Origin: Eledone cirrhosa | Lineage: Eukaryota | NCBI GenBank assembly: GCA_964016885.1 | Contig: OZ024742.1 | Span: forward strand, 263,934,001-263,998,000 | Length of the DNA: 64,000 nt | Direction: 5' to 3' | Part shown: positions 49,131 to 61,510 of the stretch, piece by piece | Position numbering within the stretch: the first letter of the stretch is position 1 | How the letters are laid out: each line of letters begins with the position of its first letter | Translations under genes and position numbers: made by a program | Notes under the pieces: model-generated | What the model was told of the DNA's origin: nothing | The model's input: only the letters and a program-made list of their open reading frames with translations | The model's database searches: none

Positions 49131-49477
49131 AATTTTCCTAACAAATACAGGTTTCGATTCCAGGAGGTTATTCTGTTCACATCAAACTCAGTACTGGATT
49201 AGTGCTTTATTTTATTCTGGAAGAAACGTGCTGTACCTAACTGGCGCCGCGATTTTGTCCGAAAATCGAATGATTCTATTGGATCTACAAAAGGCCACTC
49301 ATTAAATCGCAAACTGTACAGAATCAAACGTCCGCCATGTTCCAGTCTACCCAAAAGTGATGAATGGTATTACAAAACACAGTTTGGGAAATACCCGTGC
49401 CTTGTGCATCCGGAAAATTCAGGAAAATCTTGTATTGTTCTGAATTTGATTTTGTCACTCGAACATGTCATTTTTTC

Positions 49478-49540
<63 letters not shown>

Positions 49541-49567
49541 CGTGTGTATGTGTGTGTGTGTGTGTAT

Positions 49568-49606
<39 letters not shown>

Positions 49607-50933
49607 CGTCTATACGTGTGTGCGTGTGTGTGAATGTCTGTCTGCACGTGTGTGTACGTATTGTAATATTGAATAATATTATACGTGATGTTTAGTAATC
49701 GACGATGCAATAATTTCCCCCAATCTAGCTTACTTTAGCTTTAGCAGAGGCAAGTAGATATATAGTCTCGATAAACACTAACAAATGAGAAACGATTGCA
49801 TCGTTGATTACTTCTCCCATCTTTGCCGAAGCTGGGTATGTGACGATGGTCACAACCTTAAAATTCATAGCGAAAGGCCTTCAAATGTTTTTCATAAACA
49901 TCCTGTATATTATTCAATATACAATACGTACATTTATATGTATAGCCCTATGTAGGAGTACCAATACAATTTGTTTAAGTTACCATTGATAACTTAAAAA
50001 GGATTGAGGTAATATTTAATAATTTTTATTACACAACTAAAGTTTATCTGGACACTGGATAATCGTATTTTGTTTTAACGGAAACTTCCTCATTCAAATT
50101 ACCTTGTAAAGAGTTGGGCTTTATGTAAACCATTTTGAGTTGGTACACCTCGCCTACATCTGTATATTCATTAGTCAATTATTGCACCCACAAAGTTTCC
50201 ATTTCCTTCCCCTTTTTCTTTTTTTCTTTTTTCCTAAAATCTTTCTTGTGCTTGTTTACGTAAAAATCCCTGTAAAGATCCCCGTGTCTATGGAAGCACC
50301 TAAGCACTGATTTGTATTATTATTTTTCTTTTTGTATAAAAACAGCTTAATGCTTTAGCCTTCTAACAACCTCCTTCCACAAGCTCCTTTGCTATGATCT
50401 GGATATATATATTTTGAATATAACATTTATATAATTAGATTCATACACTGGAGTACTGAATTTTGATTTTTATTTCCTTATTTCACTACTTCTGTTTATA
50501 AGCACATTTTAATCGCTTTTTAATGTAATAATACCTGACATGCTGTTGTTTGTTTTTGCTTTATGAGTCTGACCTGTATTATAATGTCACCTTTTGTTTG
50601 TTTGTATTTGAATTATTACAACTACATCTCTGCTCCTGAGGATATGTAGAGCAGCGGAGCGGCTGCCAGTATATCTATTGAGACACTACCTGCCTTCCTG
50701 CATTGAAACGTTTCTAGAGTAAAATAATGTTGTAAATCTTAACTAATTATTCATTGTTATTTCATAAAAATTTTGAGCGCTGCATTTCATGCCATAACAG
50801 TCCATAACGGAATCGACGGATTTTTGAATTACCGATTGACCAAGGATACTGATTAGCATCGAGCTTCTATAATCTTTACCAGTATATATATTATATATAT
50901 TGATAAACTCCAATATACCCTACGTGCACGCAC

Positions 50934-51090
<157 letters not shown>

Positions 51091-51501
51091 AAAATGTGTG
51101 AAATTCTTGGTACATTTAGGTATATTTGAATAATGGAAAAGAATGACTTCACTTGTTCTAAAAAATTTAATATTACAATTTTACAATTTTGCTATTATAA
51201 AATTAAATTGTTTAGAACTACAAGTGAAGTCATTCTTTTCCTTGTCGTCTGCTGCTGATCCCACTACGTGATCTGAATCAAACAACGAGGAAGGACCTTA
51301 CTTAGCATTCATCAAGAATCAACCTTATTCAGATGTCAAAGAATTTTCACACAGAACCTCATAACTGAGTGTGTATCTTCTAACACAAGTGTGTATCTTC
51401 TAACTCCTGTGAATTAACGCAACTCTGTCTTAAACTGTTTATACAAACGAATGATCATAAAGTCTACAAATCTTATTAAATGCTCTTTTCTTTAGTTAAC
51501 A

Positions 51502-51543
<42 letters not shown>

Positions 51544-51547
51544 ATAT

Positions 51548-54500
51548 CCTCAAAGGGTTAATCGGTCGATTTGACCTGGCCGATAGATATCGACTAGATT
51601 TTCCGACTGCGCCAACCTGGACTTGGGCAAATCGTAGCGGATCATCTAGGTCGTACCTAGATAGGTTCTTAGTTAGAATTAAGGATAAGGACTTTTTAAG
51701 TTGTCCAAAAATGCGCATGGTTGGCTATTCAGACCACAAATTAGTGACCTGCATGGTCAACCTTGACAGAACTCATAGACAGGGCCCCGATTACTGGAAG
51801 CTCAACTTGTCCTTGCCGGCAAGTAGAGCCTACAGGAATCGGATTAGTACGTTAGTTAAGGAACGGTTGACTGGAGCGATCGTCAACAGCAGGTGGTGGG
51901 TATCTCTAAAGAGAGAGATTAGAGTAGTCTCGATAGAATTTAGTAAGGTTTTAGCTGCGGATAGGAATAGGAAGGAAAGGGAGCTAATAGATAGAGTAGA
52001 AGAGGCAATTAGAAGCGGCGACGTGGCCAGAGTGCTAGCGTCGAGAACGGCTTTGAGCCAGTTTTTCGACGCGAAGCACGAAGGCTGCGTTGTCCGAAGT
52101 AAAATACGTGCTCTAGTGAACGAGGGGATCAAAGCTGTTAGCTGGGCCCGGGTGACAGAGGCCAACAGTGGAACTAAATCCACCATCCGGTCTTTGCGAG
52201 ACCTGGATGGACGGGCGATTCTTGAGCCTAAGCAGATGTGTGAGGCCTTTCAAAGGCACTTTGCCCGACTGTTCGGGAGGGGCGGGGAGCCGGTTGGGAA
52301 CGTGGACTTCGGTCCATACCTCGACGGCCTGCCGCGCCTCTCGGACAGGGAGGCGAAGTCCTGCGAGGAGCCGATTTCGGCCGCTGAGATAGAGGACGTG
52401 CTGAGCCAATGCGGCAAACGCAAATCCCCGGGTCTCGATGGTCTTCCTTACGAATTATATCTAGCTATGCCGGACTTGTTCCCCGATCTCCTCGAGGCGG
52501 TCTACTGCAACTGGCAACAGAACGGGAGAATTCCCTGTACTGTGACCAAGGGCGTAGTCACGCTAGTGAGGAAGGACGAGAACAAGGGGGACGAAATAAG
52601 TAACTTCAGGCCCATAACTCTGCTAAATACAGAGTTACAGATTTTGGCCAAGGTGCTAGCAAAGAGGTTGGCGCTTGTCGTGGGCAACCTGGTGGGAGAT
52701 GCGCAGACATGCGCTATCCCGTCCAGGTCCATCCATGACAACCTCCACCTCATGCGATACATCATAGAGAGGGTTGGGAACGAATCTGGCTTTGGCGGGG
52801 CTCTGATCAACTTGGATCAATCTAAGGCGTTCGATAGGGTCGACCATGGTTACCTGGATGCGGTGCTAGCGGCGGCAGGCTTCGGGCCCGTTTTCAGGGG
52901 CTGGATCACTGCTATGCACAGCAGCCGCATCTGCTCTAGGGTCAAGGTGAACGGCTACCTCTCGGAGCCGTTCAAAATCGCGCGGTCCATCCGACAAGGG
53001 TGCCCTCTCTCCTCCCTTCTGTATGTGTTGACTCTCGAGCCACTACTGCGGAAGTTGGAGTTGTTGCAGGGCATCCCTTTGGAACCGGGATTGCGGAAAG
53101 CGGTGTCGGCCTACGCCGATGACGTGACAGTAATGGTGTCGACGGCCTCCGAAATCGAGGCGGTCGGCACCTTACTGGAGGAGTACGAAAAGTTCACAGG
53201 GGCTAAGCTGAACCGGGACAAGTCGATCGGTTTGCAACTCGGCACGTGGAGGGGCAGACCGATGCCCTCCGATGGCGTCGTCGGACGCTGGACGGAGGGC
53301 CCGGTGAAGTTGCTCGGGGTCTGGTTCGGACCGGACCTCCAGGTGGAGAAAAACTGGGCGGAGGTTACGAACAGGGTGTTTGCACTGACCCAGAAGTGGG
53401 CCAGTTGCAAACTATCCCTGAAAGGTCGGGCGGAGGTGGCGAACACCTACATAGCGTCCGTCATCTACTACCGCCTGACCGTAGTGCCCTGCCCAAGGGA
53501 AACCCTCACCAAGATGGAGCGCGCGCTCTTCCAATTCCTTTGGAAGAGGCGGGCTCCTATGGTGAGGAGATCCATCTGCTGTCAACACCCTTCGAAAGGA
53601 GGGCTGGGGATGCCGTGGCTAATGATGCGTAAACACGCATTAAGGCTACGGCACCTCTACGTATTCCTCACCGGACAACCGGTGTGGGCCTCGTTTGTGA
53701 GACGAACCTTTCCCAGACTCGTCTCACTCACCGAGCTGCAATCCTGGGTCAAGCAAAGACCGAGAAAACTGGGCGCCTGGCACACTGAGTGTGCCCAGGC
53801 GCTCACCGCCCTCTGGCAGGCGGATCCGGTTATCAGTGGACACTCCACCGCAACATTCTATAGAGGGCTGGTACGCAGCAGGTGCGACGACGCCCTCGGA
53901 GAAGCCCTAGACATGGAGGAGGACGAACTGGCCAGCCTGTTCGGTAGGACATTCAGCCCGGGACCTATGGACAACTTCCAGAAGTCCCTGGCCTGGCAGT
54001 GCTACCGAGGGGCTTTACCCGTTCGAGAAAGGCTCTACAGACACGGGCGCCCGGGTAGGGACCCCGCCAAAAAGATCTGTCCCAGATGCGTGTGCGACGA
54101 GGAAACCGTTGCACACGCATTGGTACACTGCTCGGGCGTAGCCGATCTGTGGGGCTATGTCGAACAACTGCTGTCAAGGGTGGGACCGATCCGGTTGACC
54201 ACCGAGTCTATTGTAATGATCAAGCCGCCTCCCCCCTTCAAAGATGAAGCAGAGGCGGTGTTTCTGTGCGTAATAGCCATGGCGAAAGAGGTTGTATGGT
54301 GGACGCGTCTGAAAGGACTGAGGTCAGGCACCTTTCTCTCTGGCCAACAACTGGTCCGTTTCTTCCGATATCATTTCGGAAGAAGGATCAGGATGGAGAG
54401 AGAGGTGCTGCACCCCAGCCGTTTCTATGAAAGATGGGTGAAAGTGGCGAGAATGGCCCGTGTGAATGGGCCTTCACTCTACATCAGACTATAGGTGAGG

Positions 54501-54757
54501 AAGATGAAAGACCAAGGGAGCACCCCTTCTCTGTGCTCCTGAGAAGAAGGGTTGCACACTTTTTTCGGGGGTGTGTGCGACCCCCCAAGGCGCCTCCTCT
54601 CTATTGAGGATTTTGTTATAAATTTTATTTTTTGTTATATCTTATTTTATTTTTATATTTTGTTATTGCCTCCTCCTTATTGAGGACGCCTTTTTGTGTA
54701 AACTCCCCCCTTTGTACTTGTCCCACTTTTGATGCCCTAGTGGCAAATAAAAGAAAC
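51548..54757 (+). mobile_element. Tx1 family A, copy A2 (5'-truncated inside the endonuclease)
   Basis: Near identical to 57551-60757; (TATC)n at 51502-51543 and 54758-54832. Confidence 0.93.
51549..54494 (+). pseudogene. A2 truncated ORF2 (open frame, lacks the N-terminal part of APE)
   Basis: Begins at LKGLIGRFDL; RT and zinc finger intact. Confidence 0.85.
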
Positions 54758-54758
54758 A

Positions 54759-54831
<73 letters not shown>

Positions 54832-54832
54832 C

Positions 54833-54933
54833 TATGATGTATCGCATGAGGTGGAGGTTATCGTGGATGGACCTGGACGGGATAGCACATGTCTGCGCAT
54901 CTCCCACCAGGTTGCCCACGACAAGCGCCAACC

Positions 54934-54935
<2 letters not shown>
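54833..54935 (-). mobile_element. ~100-bp inverted internal RT fragment of family A inside (TATC)n
   Basis: Reverse complement encodes RLALVVGNLVGDAQTCAIPSRSIHDNLHLMRYII. Confidence 0.9.
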
Positions 54936-54999
<64 letters not shown>

Positions 55000-55253
55000 A
55001 ATCTATCTATCTATCTATCTATCTCTCTTCCTCTCTATCTATCTGGGATGGACACACGCGTATAACTTGCTGAGTAAGTTCTGTTTAAATTTCTATAGAA
55101 ATTCTTGTCTGATAACTTTAATTTTTGTACCATTTTGTAGAGGGACTGCCAGGTCAAACTTTGATCTGGTCAGTCTCTCAAAATATTCTACGCCTTTAGG
55201 CGAAATAGTTAAAAAAAAAGTTTTTTCTTGTTGAAAAGTCAATATTTTTTTAA

Positions 55254-57035
55254 ATGGCCGAAGCTTCTTCACCAAAATTCGAAGGAGGAAAGGGGAAGAT
55301 GAACTTACAGCTTCCCCCTGCCACTGTCACAGTAGCAGAGGTCAAGAAGATAGGTCAGCCAGAGGAAGAATTCTCTCCACCTGTTAACCGACAACTTGAC
55401 GTTGCCATGGCAACAACCCAAAGAACCAACAGCAACAACAACAACAATGCGACGGACGAAAACAACACCAATAACAATAACAATAACAACAACAAGACCA
55501 ATAACGGTGACAACAACAACAATGATAACAACAACACCACCAACGACAACAACAACACAAACAAACAAAATTTCTCCTTCGCCGAGACGACAAGGAAAAC
55601 CCTCGACTATCTGCCAGTAGATATAACAAAAGCGAAGGAGCTACTGGCGGATGCGAAAAAATATATAGTGTACGGGGAAAATGGTTCATTCACAATCCAT
55701 TCCCCCCCGGAACTAAAAAGCCAGAGACTCCTAAACACGGTCATGTTTAGGACAATCTCGAACAAAAGTAAAAAACCAGCTCAACCATCACAGAGCGAGA
55801 TAGAGCTGGTTTTAAAAGACGTCATGAAGGACATCACCTTCATTCAGAAGGATAGACTCTACGGGAGTCTATCCATTCTCATGAAGGACAGGGACACAGC
55901 AGTGAAACTGTCCATCAAACCAATCACATCCACCGCATACACCTTCTACCCTACGTACATGGGTAGAAGAACACAAAAAATAAAAATCCACACCATCCTG
56001 CCGATTATGGACATATGGTGGGTTTTGACAGGTTTTCTGGACCTGGAGGATGACATGCTGGTGTCCATGGGAAAGGCATCGGGTGACGCGTTCAGTGGAA
56101 CGAGCCTCGAACTTGTAGTTCAAATGAGGCCCGAAAGGATCGCCCAGATCCCTGAACGCGTCATACTGGATGATCTAACCTTCATCAACATTACCGTTGA
56201 GGGTAGACGGCCCTCGTGTTACCTCTGCGGAACCAGAGGTCACCTGAGGGCTGTCTGTCCCCAACTTAATAAGAAAACCCCAATCCTGCCTACACCACCA
56301 ACAACTGCACAACCAACACAATCACCACAACTACCACTACAAAAACAACCACCACTGCTCAAACCAAAACAAAACAATGTCCAACCCATCCCCTCCACTC
56401 AAAAAACAAAAACAATTTCCAAAACACCCGTACCGCAAACACAACCCAAAAATATACCCCTCCCCTCCAACGCGGAAGATGACCCTAGTTCGTCGTCAGA
56501 CGAGGAGGAGCACTTCCACACAATCAAAAGAAAAAAAAGAAAACACACCTCAGACACACAAATGAAAAAAAACCCTCCCCAAAACATAACACTGACACCA
56601 ACACAAAAGAGCTCACAACAGCAAACAAAAAACACCACACAAAAACAAAAACATGCATACACATACATAAATACAAGAAACAAAAAACTGTTAAACATTG
56701 TGTACAACAACAATCTAATAAAAACACAAGGGCCTAACTTCACCCAGGCAGGGGATTTCCCCCACCTCAAAATGATTAAGGCCCCACAGGACACCTATAA
56801 AACTTTAAAAAACAATTTTAAAGAGGACGTGGGTCCCCCCTGCGTCGGGCCCATTAACCGCGTCCTCCTAAAAAACTATCCCACCCCCTCCCCTAACACC
56901 CTCACAACTCCAAGCTCCCCAACCACACAACACACTGATGCCCCCACACTTCCACAAACCACCACCCCACCCAACAACCCATCCCCCACCCTAATGGAAA
57001 TTGTGCAGCCCGATACCCGGGACGCAGAGAGGTAA
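55254..57035 (+). CDS. ORF1p, 593 aa (poly-Asn tract, CCHC knuckle, basic KRKKRK)
   Basis: Open frame upstream of ORF2; homologous to family B ORF1. Confidence 0.9.
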   Translation: MAEASSPKFEGGKGKMNLQLPPATVTVAEVKKIGQPEEEFSPPVNRQLDVAMATTQRTNSNNNNNATDENNTNNNNNNNNKTNNGDNNNNDNNNTTNDNNNTNKQNFSFAETTRKTLDYLPVDITKAKELLADAKKYIVYGENGSFTIHSPPELKSQRLLNTVMFRTISNKSKKPAQPSQSEIELVLKDVMKDITFIQKDRLYGSLSILMKDRDTAVKLSIKPITSTAYTFYPTYMGRRTQKIKIHTILPIMDIWWVLTGFLDLEDDMLVSMGKASGDAFSGTSLELVVQMRPERIAQIPERVILDDLTFINITVEGRRPSCYLCGTRGHLRAVCPQLNKKTPILPTPPTTAQPTQSPQLPLQKQPPLLKPKQNNVQPIPSTQKTKTISKTPVPQTQPKNIPLPSNAEDDPSSSSDEEEHFHTIKRKKRKHTSDTQMKKNPPQNITLTPTQKSSQQQTKNTTQKQKHAYTYINTRNKKLLNIVYNNNLIKTQGPNFTQAGDFPHLKMIKAPQDTYKTLKNNFKEDVGPPCVGPINRVLLKNYPTPSPNTLTTPSSPTTQHTDAPTLPQTTTPPNNPSPTLMEIVQPDTRDAER

Positions 57036-57059
57036 GTGCCTTTTCTCTTCACCACCAAC

Positions 57060-60000
57060 ATGGCTATGCTAAGAGTAGGCTGTTTAAATGCGCGTGGCCT
57101 GGGCTCAACTTGGAAGCAAGCAATGCTTCTAAATGACCTCAGGTCACAACGTATAGATGTGATGGTTATTTGCGAGGCCCGGATCAGCAACGTGCGACAG
57201 CTGTCCCCCACCTTTGATGACTTTGAGATGCACGCATCTCTCTGTCAGCCCGGAGGTGGGGGTGGAGTTGTCGTTCTGCTGCAAAAACATCTGGGTCTCG
57301 CAACACAGATGGTACATTTGGACCCGGAGGGTCGACTAGTGGTTCTGGACCTTGGCAGTGGTAAAGGCGGAGCGTTTAGGTTGGTAGCCGCCTACGGCCC
57401 TTTCGGGTCAATGCGGCCGGACTTCTTCCATCGTCTGGAGACTTTTCTAGGGACGTCCCGCTCCTTGCTATTAGTGGGGGACTGGAATGGTATCCTAGAT
57501 GCACGCTGGGACTACGTAGGGGCCTGCCCCGATAGAGAGGGGTGTAATAGCCTCAAAGGGTTAATCGGTCGATTTGACCTGGCCGATAGATATCGACTAG
57601 ATTTTCCGACTGCGCCAACCTGGACTTGGGCAAATCGTAGCGGATCATCTAGGTCGTACCTAGATAGGTTCTTAGTTAGAATTAAGGATAAGGACTTTTT
57701 AAGTTGTCCAAAAATGCGCATGGTTGGCTATTCAGACCACAAATTAGTGACCTGCATGGTCAACCTTGACAGAACTCATAGACAGGGCCCCGATTACTGG
57801 AAGCTCAACTTGTCCTTGCCGGCAAGTAGAGCCTACAGGAATCGGATTAGTACGTTAGTTAAGGAACGGTTGACTGGAGCGATCGTCAACAGCAGGTGGT
57901 GGGTATCTCTAAAGAGAGAGATTAGAGTAGTCTCGATAGAATTTAGTAAGGTTTTAGCTGCGGATAGGAATAGGAAGGAAAGGGAGCTAATAGATAGAGT
58001 AGAAGAGGCAATTAGAAGCGGCGACGTGGCCAGAGTGCTAGCGTCGAGAACGGCTTTGAGCCAGTTTTTCGACGCGAAGCACGAAGGCTGCGTTGTCCGA
58101 AGTAAAATACGTGCTCTAGTGAACGAGGGGATCAAAGCTGTTAGCTGGGCCCGGGTGACAGAGGCCAACAGTGGAACTAAATCCACCATCCGGTCTTTGC
58201 GAGACCTGGATGGACGGGCGATTCTTGAGCCTAAGCAGATGTGTGAGGCCTTTCAAAGGCACTTTGCCCGACTGTTCGGGAGGGGCGGGGAGCCGGTTGG
58301 GAACGTGGACTTCGGTCCATACCTCGACGGCCTGCCGCGCCTCTCGGACAGGGAGGCGAAGTCCTGCGAGGAGCCGATTTCGGCCGCTGAGATAGAGGAC
58401 GTGCTGAGCCAATGCGGCAAACGCAAATCCCCGGGTCTCGATGGTCTTCCTTACGAATTATATCTAGCTATGCCGGACTTGTTCCCCGATCTCCTCGAGG
58501 CGGTCTACTGCAACTGGCAACAGAACGGGAGAATTCCCTGTACTGTGACCAAGGGCGTAGTCACGCTAGTGAGGAAGGACGAGAACAAGGGGGACGAAAT
58601 AAGTAACTTCAGGCCCATAACTCTGCTAAATACAGAGTTACAGATTTTGGCCAAGGTGCTAGCAAAGAGGTTGGCGCTTGTCGTGGGCAACCTGGTGGGA
58701 GATGCGCAGACATGCGCTATCCCGTCCAGGTCCATCCATGACAACCTCCACCTCATGCGATACATCATAGAGAGGGTTGGGAACGAATCTGGCTTTGGCG
58801 GGGCTCTGATCAACTTGGATCAATCTAAGGCGTTCGATAGGGTCGACCATGGTTACCTGGATGCGGTGCTAGCGGCGGCAGGCTTCGGGCCCGTTTTCAG
58901 GGGCTGGATCACTGCTATGCACAGCAGCCGCATCTGCTCTAGGGTCAAGGTGAACGGCTACCTCTCGGAGCCGTTCAAAATCGCGCGGTCCATCCGACAA
59001 GGGTGCCCTCTCTCCTCCCTTCTGTATGTGTTGACTCTCGAGCCACTACTGCGGAAGTTGGAGTTGTTGCAGGGCATCCCTTTGGAACCGGGATTGCGGA
59101 AAGCGGTGTCGGCCTACGCCGATGACGTGACAGTAATGGTGTCGACGGCCTCCGAAATCGAGGCGGTCGGCACCTTACTGGAGGAGTACGAAAAGTTCAC
59201 AGGGGCTAAGCTGAACCGGGACAAGTCGATCGGTTTGCAACTCGGCACGTGGAGGGGCAGACCGATGCCCTCCGATGGCGTCGTCGGACGCTGGACGGAG
59301 GGCCCGGTGAAGTTGCTCGGGGTCTGGTTCGGACCGGACCTCCAGGTGGAGAAAAACTGGGCGGAGGTTACGAACAGGGTGTTTGCACTGACCCAGAAGT
59401 GGGCCAGTTGCAAACTATCCCTGAAAGGTCGGGCGGAGGTGGCGAACACCTACATAGCATCCGTCATCTACTACCGCCTGACCGTAGTGCCCTGCCCAAG
59501 GGAAACCCTCACCAAGATGGAGCGCGCGCTCTTCCAATTCCTTTGGAAGAGGCGGGCTCCTATGGTGAGGAGATCCATCTGCTGTCAACACCCTTCGAAA
59601 GGAGGGCTGGGGATGCCGTGGCTAATGATGCGTAAACACGCATTAAGGCTACGGCACCTCTACGTATTCCTCACCGGACAACCGGTGTGGGCCTCGTTTG
59701 TGAGACGAACCTTTCCCAGACTCGTCTCACTCACCGAGCTGCAATCCTGGGTCAAGCAAAGACCGAGAAAACTGGGCGCCTGGCACACTGAGTGTGCCCA
59801 GGCGCTCACCGCCCTCTGGCAGGCGGATCCGGTTGTCAGTGGAGACTCCACCGCAACATTCTATAGAGGGCTGGTACGCAGCAGGTGCGACGACGCCCTC
59901 GGAGAAGCCCTAGACATGGAGGAGGACGAACTGGCCAGCCTGTTCGGTAGGACATTCAGCCCGGGACCTATGGACAACTTCCAGAAGTCCCTGGCCTGGC

Positions 60001-60497
60001 AGTGCTACCGAGGGGCTTTACCCGTTCGAGAAAGGCTCTACAGACACGGGCGCCCGGGTAGGGACCCCGCCAAAAAGATCTGTCCCAGATGCGTGTGCGA
60101 CGAGGAAACCGTTGCACACGCATTGGTACACTGCTCGGGCGTAGCCGATCTGTGGGGCTATGTCGAACAACTGCTGTCAAGGGTGGGACCGATCCGGTTG
60201 ACCACCGAGTCTATTGTAATGATCAAGCCGCCTCCCCCCTTCAAAGATGAAGCAGAGGCGGTGTTTCTGTGCGTAATAGCCATGGCGAAAGAGGTTGTAT
60301 GGTGGACGCGTCTGAAAGGACTGAGGTCAGGCACCTTTCTCTCTGGCCAACAACTGGTCCGTTTCTTCCGATATCATTTCGGAAGAAGGATCAGGATGGA
60401 GAGAGAGGTGCTGCACCCCAGTCGTTTTTATGAAAGGTGGGTGAAAGTGGCGAGAATGGCCCGTGTGAATGGGCCTTCTCTTTACATAAGCCTGTAG
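57060..60497 (+). CDS. ORF2p APE-RT-zinc finger, intact
   Basis: All APE and RT motifs present (GDWN, SDH, YADD); first ATG at 57060. Confidence 0.94.
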   Translation: MAMLRVGCLNARGLGSTWKQAMLLNDLRSQRIDVMVICEARISNVRQLSPTFDDFEMHASLCQPGGGGGVVVLLQKHLGLATQMVHLDPEGRLVVLDLGSGKGGAFRLVAAYGPFGSMRPDFFHRLETFLGTSRSLLLVGDWNGILDARWDYVGACPDREGCNSLKGLIGRFDLADRYRLDFPTAPTWTWANRSGSSRSYLDRFLVRIKDKDFLSCPKMRMVGYSDHKLVTCMVNLDRTHRQGPDYWKLNLSLPASRAYRNRISTLVKERLTGAIVNSRWWVSLKREIRVVSIEFSKVLAADRNRKERELIDRVEEAIRSGDVARVLASRTALSQFFDAKHEGCVVRSKIRALVNEGIKAVSWARVTEANSGTKSTIRSLRDLDGRAILEPKQMCEAFQRHFARLFGRGGEPVGNVDFGPYLDGLPRLSDREAKSCEEPISAAEIEDVLSQCGKRKSPGLDGLPYELYLAMPDLFPDLLEAVYCNWQQNGRIPCTVTKGVVTLVRKDENKGDEISNFRPITLLNTELQILAKVLAKRLALVVGNLVGDAQTCAIPSRSIHDNLHLMRYIIERVGNESGFGGALINLDQSKAFDRVDHGYLDAVLAAAGFGPVFRGWITAMHSSRICSRVKVNGYLSEPFKIARSIRQGCPLSSLLYVLTLEPLLRKLELLQGIPLEPGLRKAVSAYADDVTVMVSTASEIEAVGTLLEEYEKFTGAKLNRDKSIGLQLGTWRGRPMPSDGVVGRWTEGPVKLLGVWFGPDLQVEKNWAEVTNRVFALTQKWASCKLSLKGRAEVANTYIASVIYYRLTVVPCPRETLTKMERALFQFLWKRRAPMVRRSICCQHPSKGGLGMPWLMMRKHALRLRHLYVFLTGQPVWASFVRRTFPRLVSLTELQSWVKQRPRKLGAWHTECAQALTALWQADPVVSGDSTATFYRGLVRSRCDDALGEALDMEEDELASLFGRTFSPGPMDNFQKSLAWQCYRGALPVRERLYRHGRPGRDPAKKICPRCVCDEETVAHALVHCSGVADLWGYVEQLLSRVGPIRLTTESIVMIKPPPPFKDEAEAVFLCVIAMAKEVVWWTRLKGLRSGTFLSGQQLVRFFRYHFGRRIRMEREVLHPSRFYERWVKVARMARVNGPSLYISL

Positions 60498-60759
60498 GTG
60501 GAAAAGAGGAAGGAACGAGGGAGCACCCCCTCTCTGTGCTCCTGAGGAAAAGGGTTGCACACTTTTTTCGGGGGTGTGTGCGACCCCCCAAGGCGCCTCC
60601 TCTCTATTGAGGATTTTGTTAAAAATTTTATTTTTGTTATATCTTATTTTATTTTTATATTTTGTTATTGCCTCCTCCTTATTGAGGACGCCTTTTTGTG
60701 TAAACTCCCCCCTTTGTACTTGTCCCACTTTTGATGCCCTAGTGGCAAATAAAAGAAAC

Positions 60760-60843
<84 letters not shown>

Positions 60844-61267
60844 TTGTCTGTCCATCTATGTACCTATATATCTATCCATCGATCTAGCTATCTATTTATG
60901 GGGAGGAAACAGAGAAGAAAGAGTGTTGAGAAAGGGAAAGGAAAATACATCAATCTTATACAGGTAGACAAAGTGTGCGATATATAATGAGAAAGGGAAA
61001 GCGAAAGGTAACTAGATGGAGTAAAACACTCAAAAAAGGAAGAAGCAGGCCTGCAAATTCTAAAAAAAAACCCAGTGCATAAAGAGAGTTTTACATACAG
61101 AAATTTATGCAAACATATTTGATATTTCAACAACGCGTATGTGTTACACAATATTGTCTTTTTCTTCGATCTCTGCTTTTGTTTCTTTATATTTGCCTTA
61201 ATGGTTTATTTCTTTTACATTTCTGAGCAAACACACACGAGCAAACACACACGAGCAAACACACACG

Positions 61268-61368
<101 letters not shown>

Positions 61369-61469
61369 TTAATAGAAGAACACTGGTGGGTTATATCTGT
61401 AGTAACAGAGCACTCAGTTCATGGGACGAGTTTGGTAGAAGTAGTTCCACAACAGTTAGTTCACCATTT

Positions 61470-61510
61470 CTGAAAACAATTGTTTCACATTATTCGGATC
61501 ATCAGCTCGG
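61470..61510 (-). ncRNA. Decayed hammerhead in the 3' pLTR of element 3
   Basis: Reverse complement reads CCGAG-CTGATGA-..-GAAA-CAATTG-TT-TTCAG. Confidence 0.6.

Larger units (their letters stand above)
55044..60759 (+). mobile_element. Tx1 family A, copy A3, full length with both ORFs open
   Basis: 5' UTR starting GGGATGGAC, ORF1, ORF2, 3' UTR ending AATAAAAGAAA; (TATC)n on both sides. Confidence 0.95.

Noticed and set aside
49817-49888. TTTG-CCGAAGCT..AGC-GAAA-GGCC-TT-CAAA fossil hammerhead
   Set aside because: Needs a substitution plus a 2-nt deletion in the core; unsupported without a family consensus
50628-50720. CTGAGGA..GAAACGTTTC hammerhead candidate
   Set aside because: Helix I does not pair in register with any cleavage triplet
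51480-51548. Apparent N-terminus of a 1004-aa protein
   Set aside because: A chance upstream ATG reads through (TATC)n into the truncated A2 ORF2
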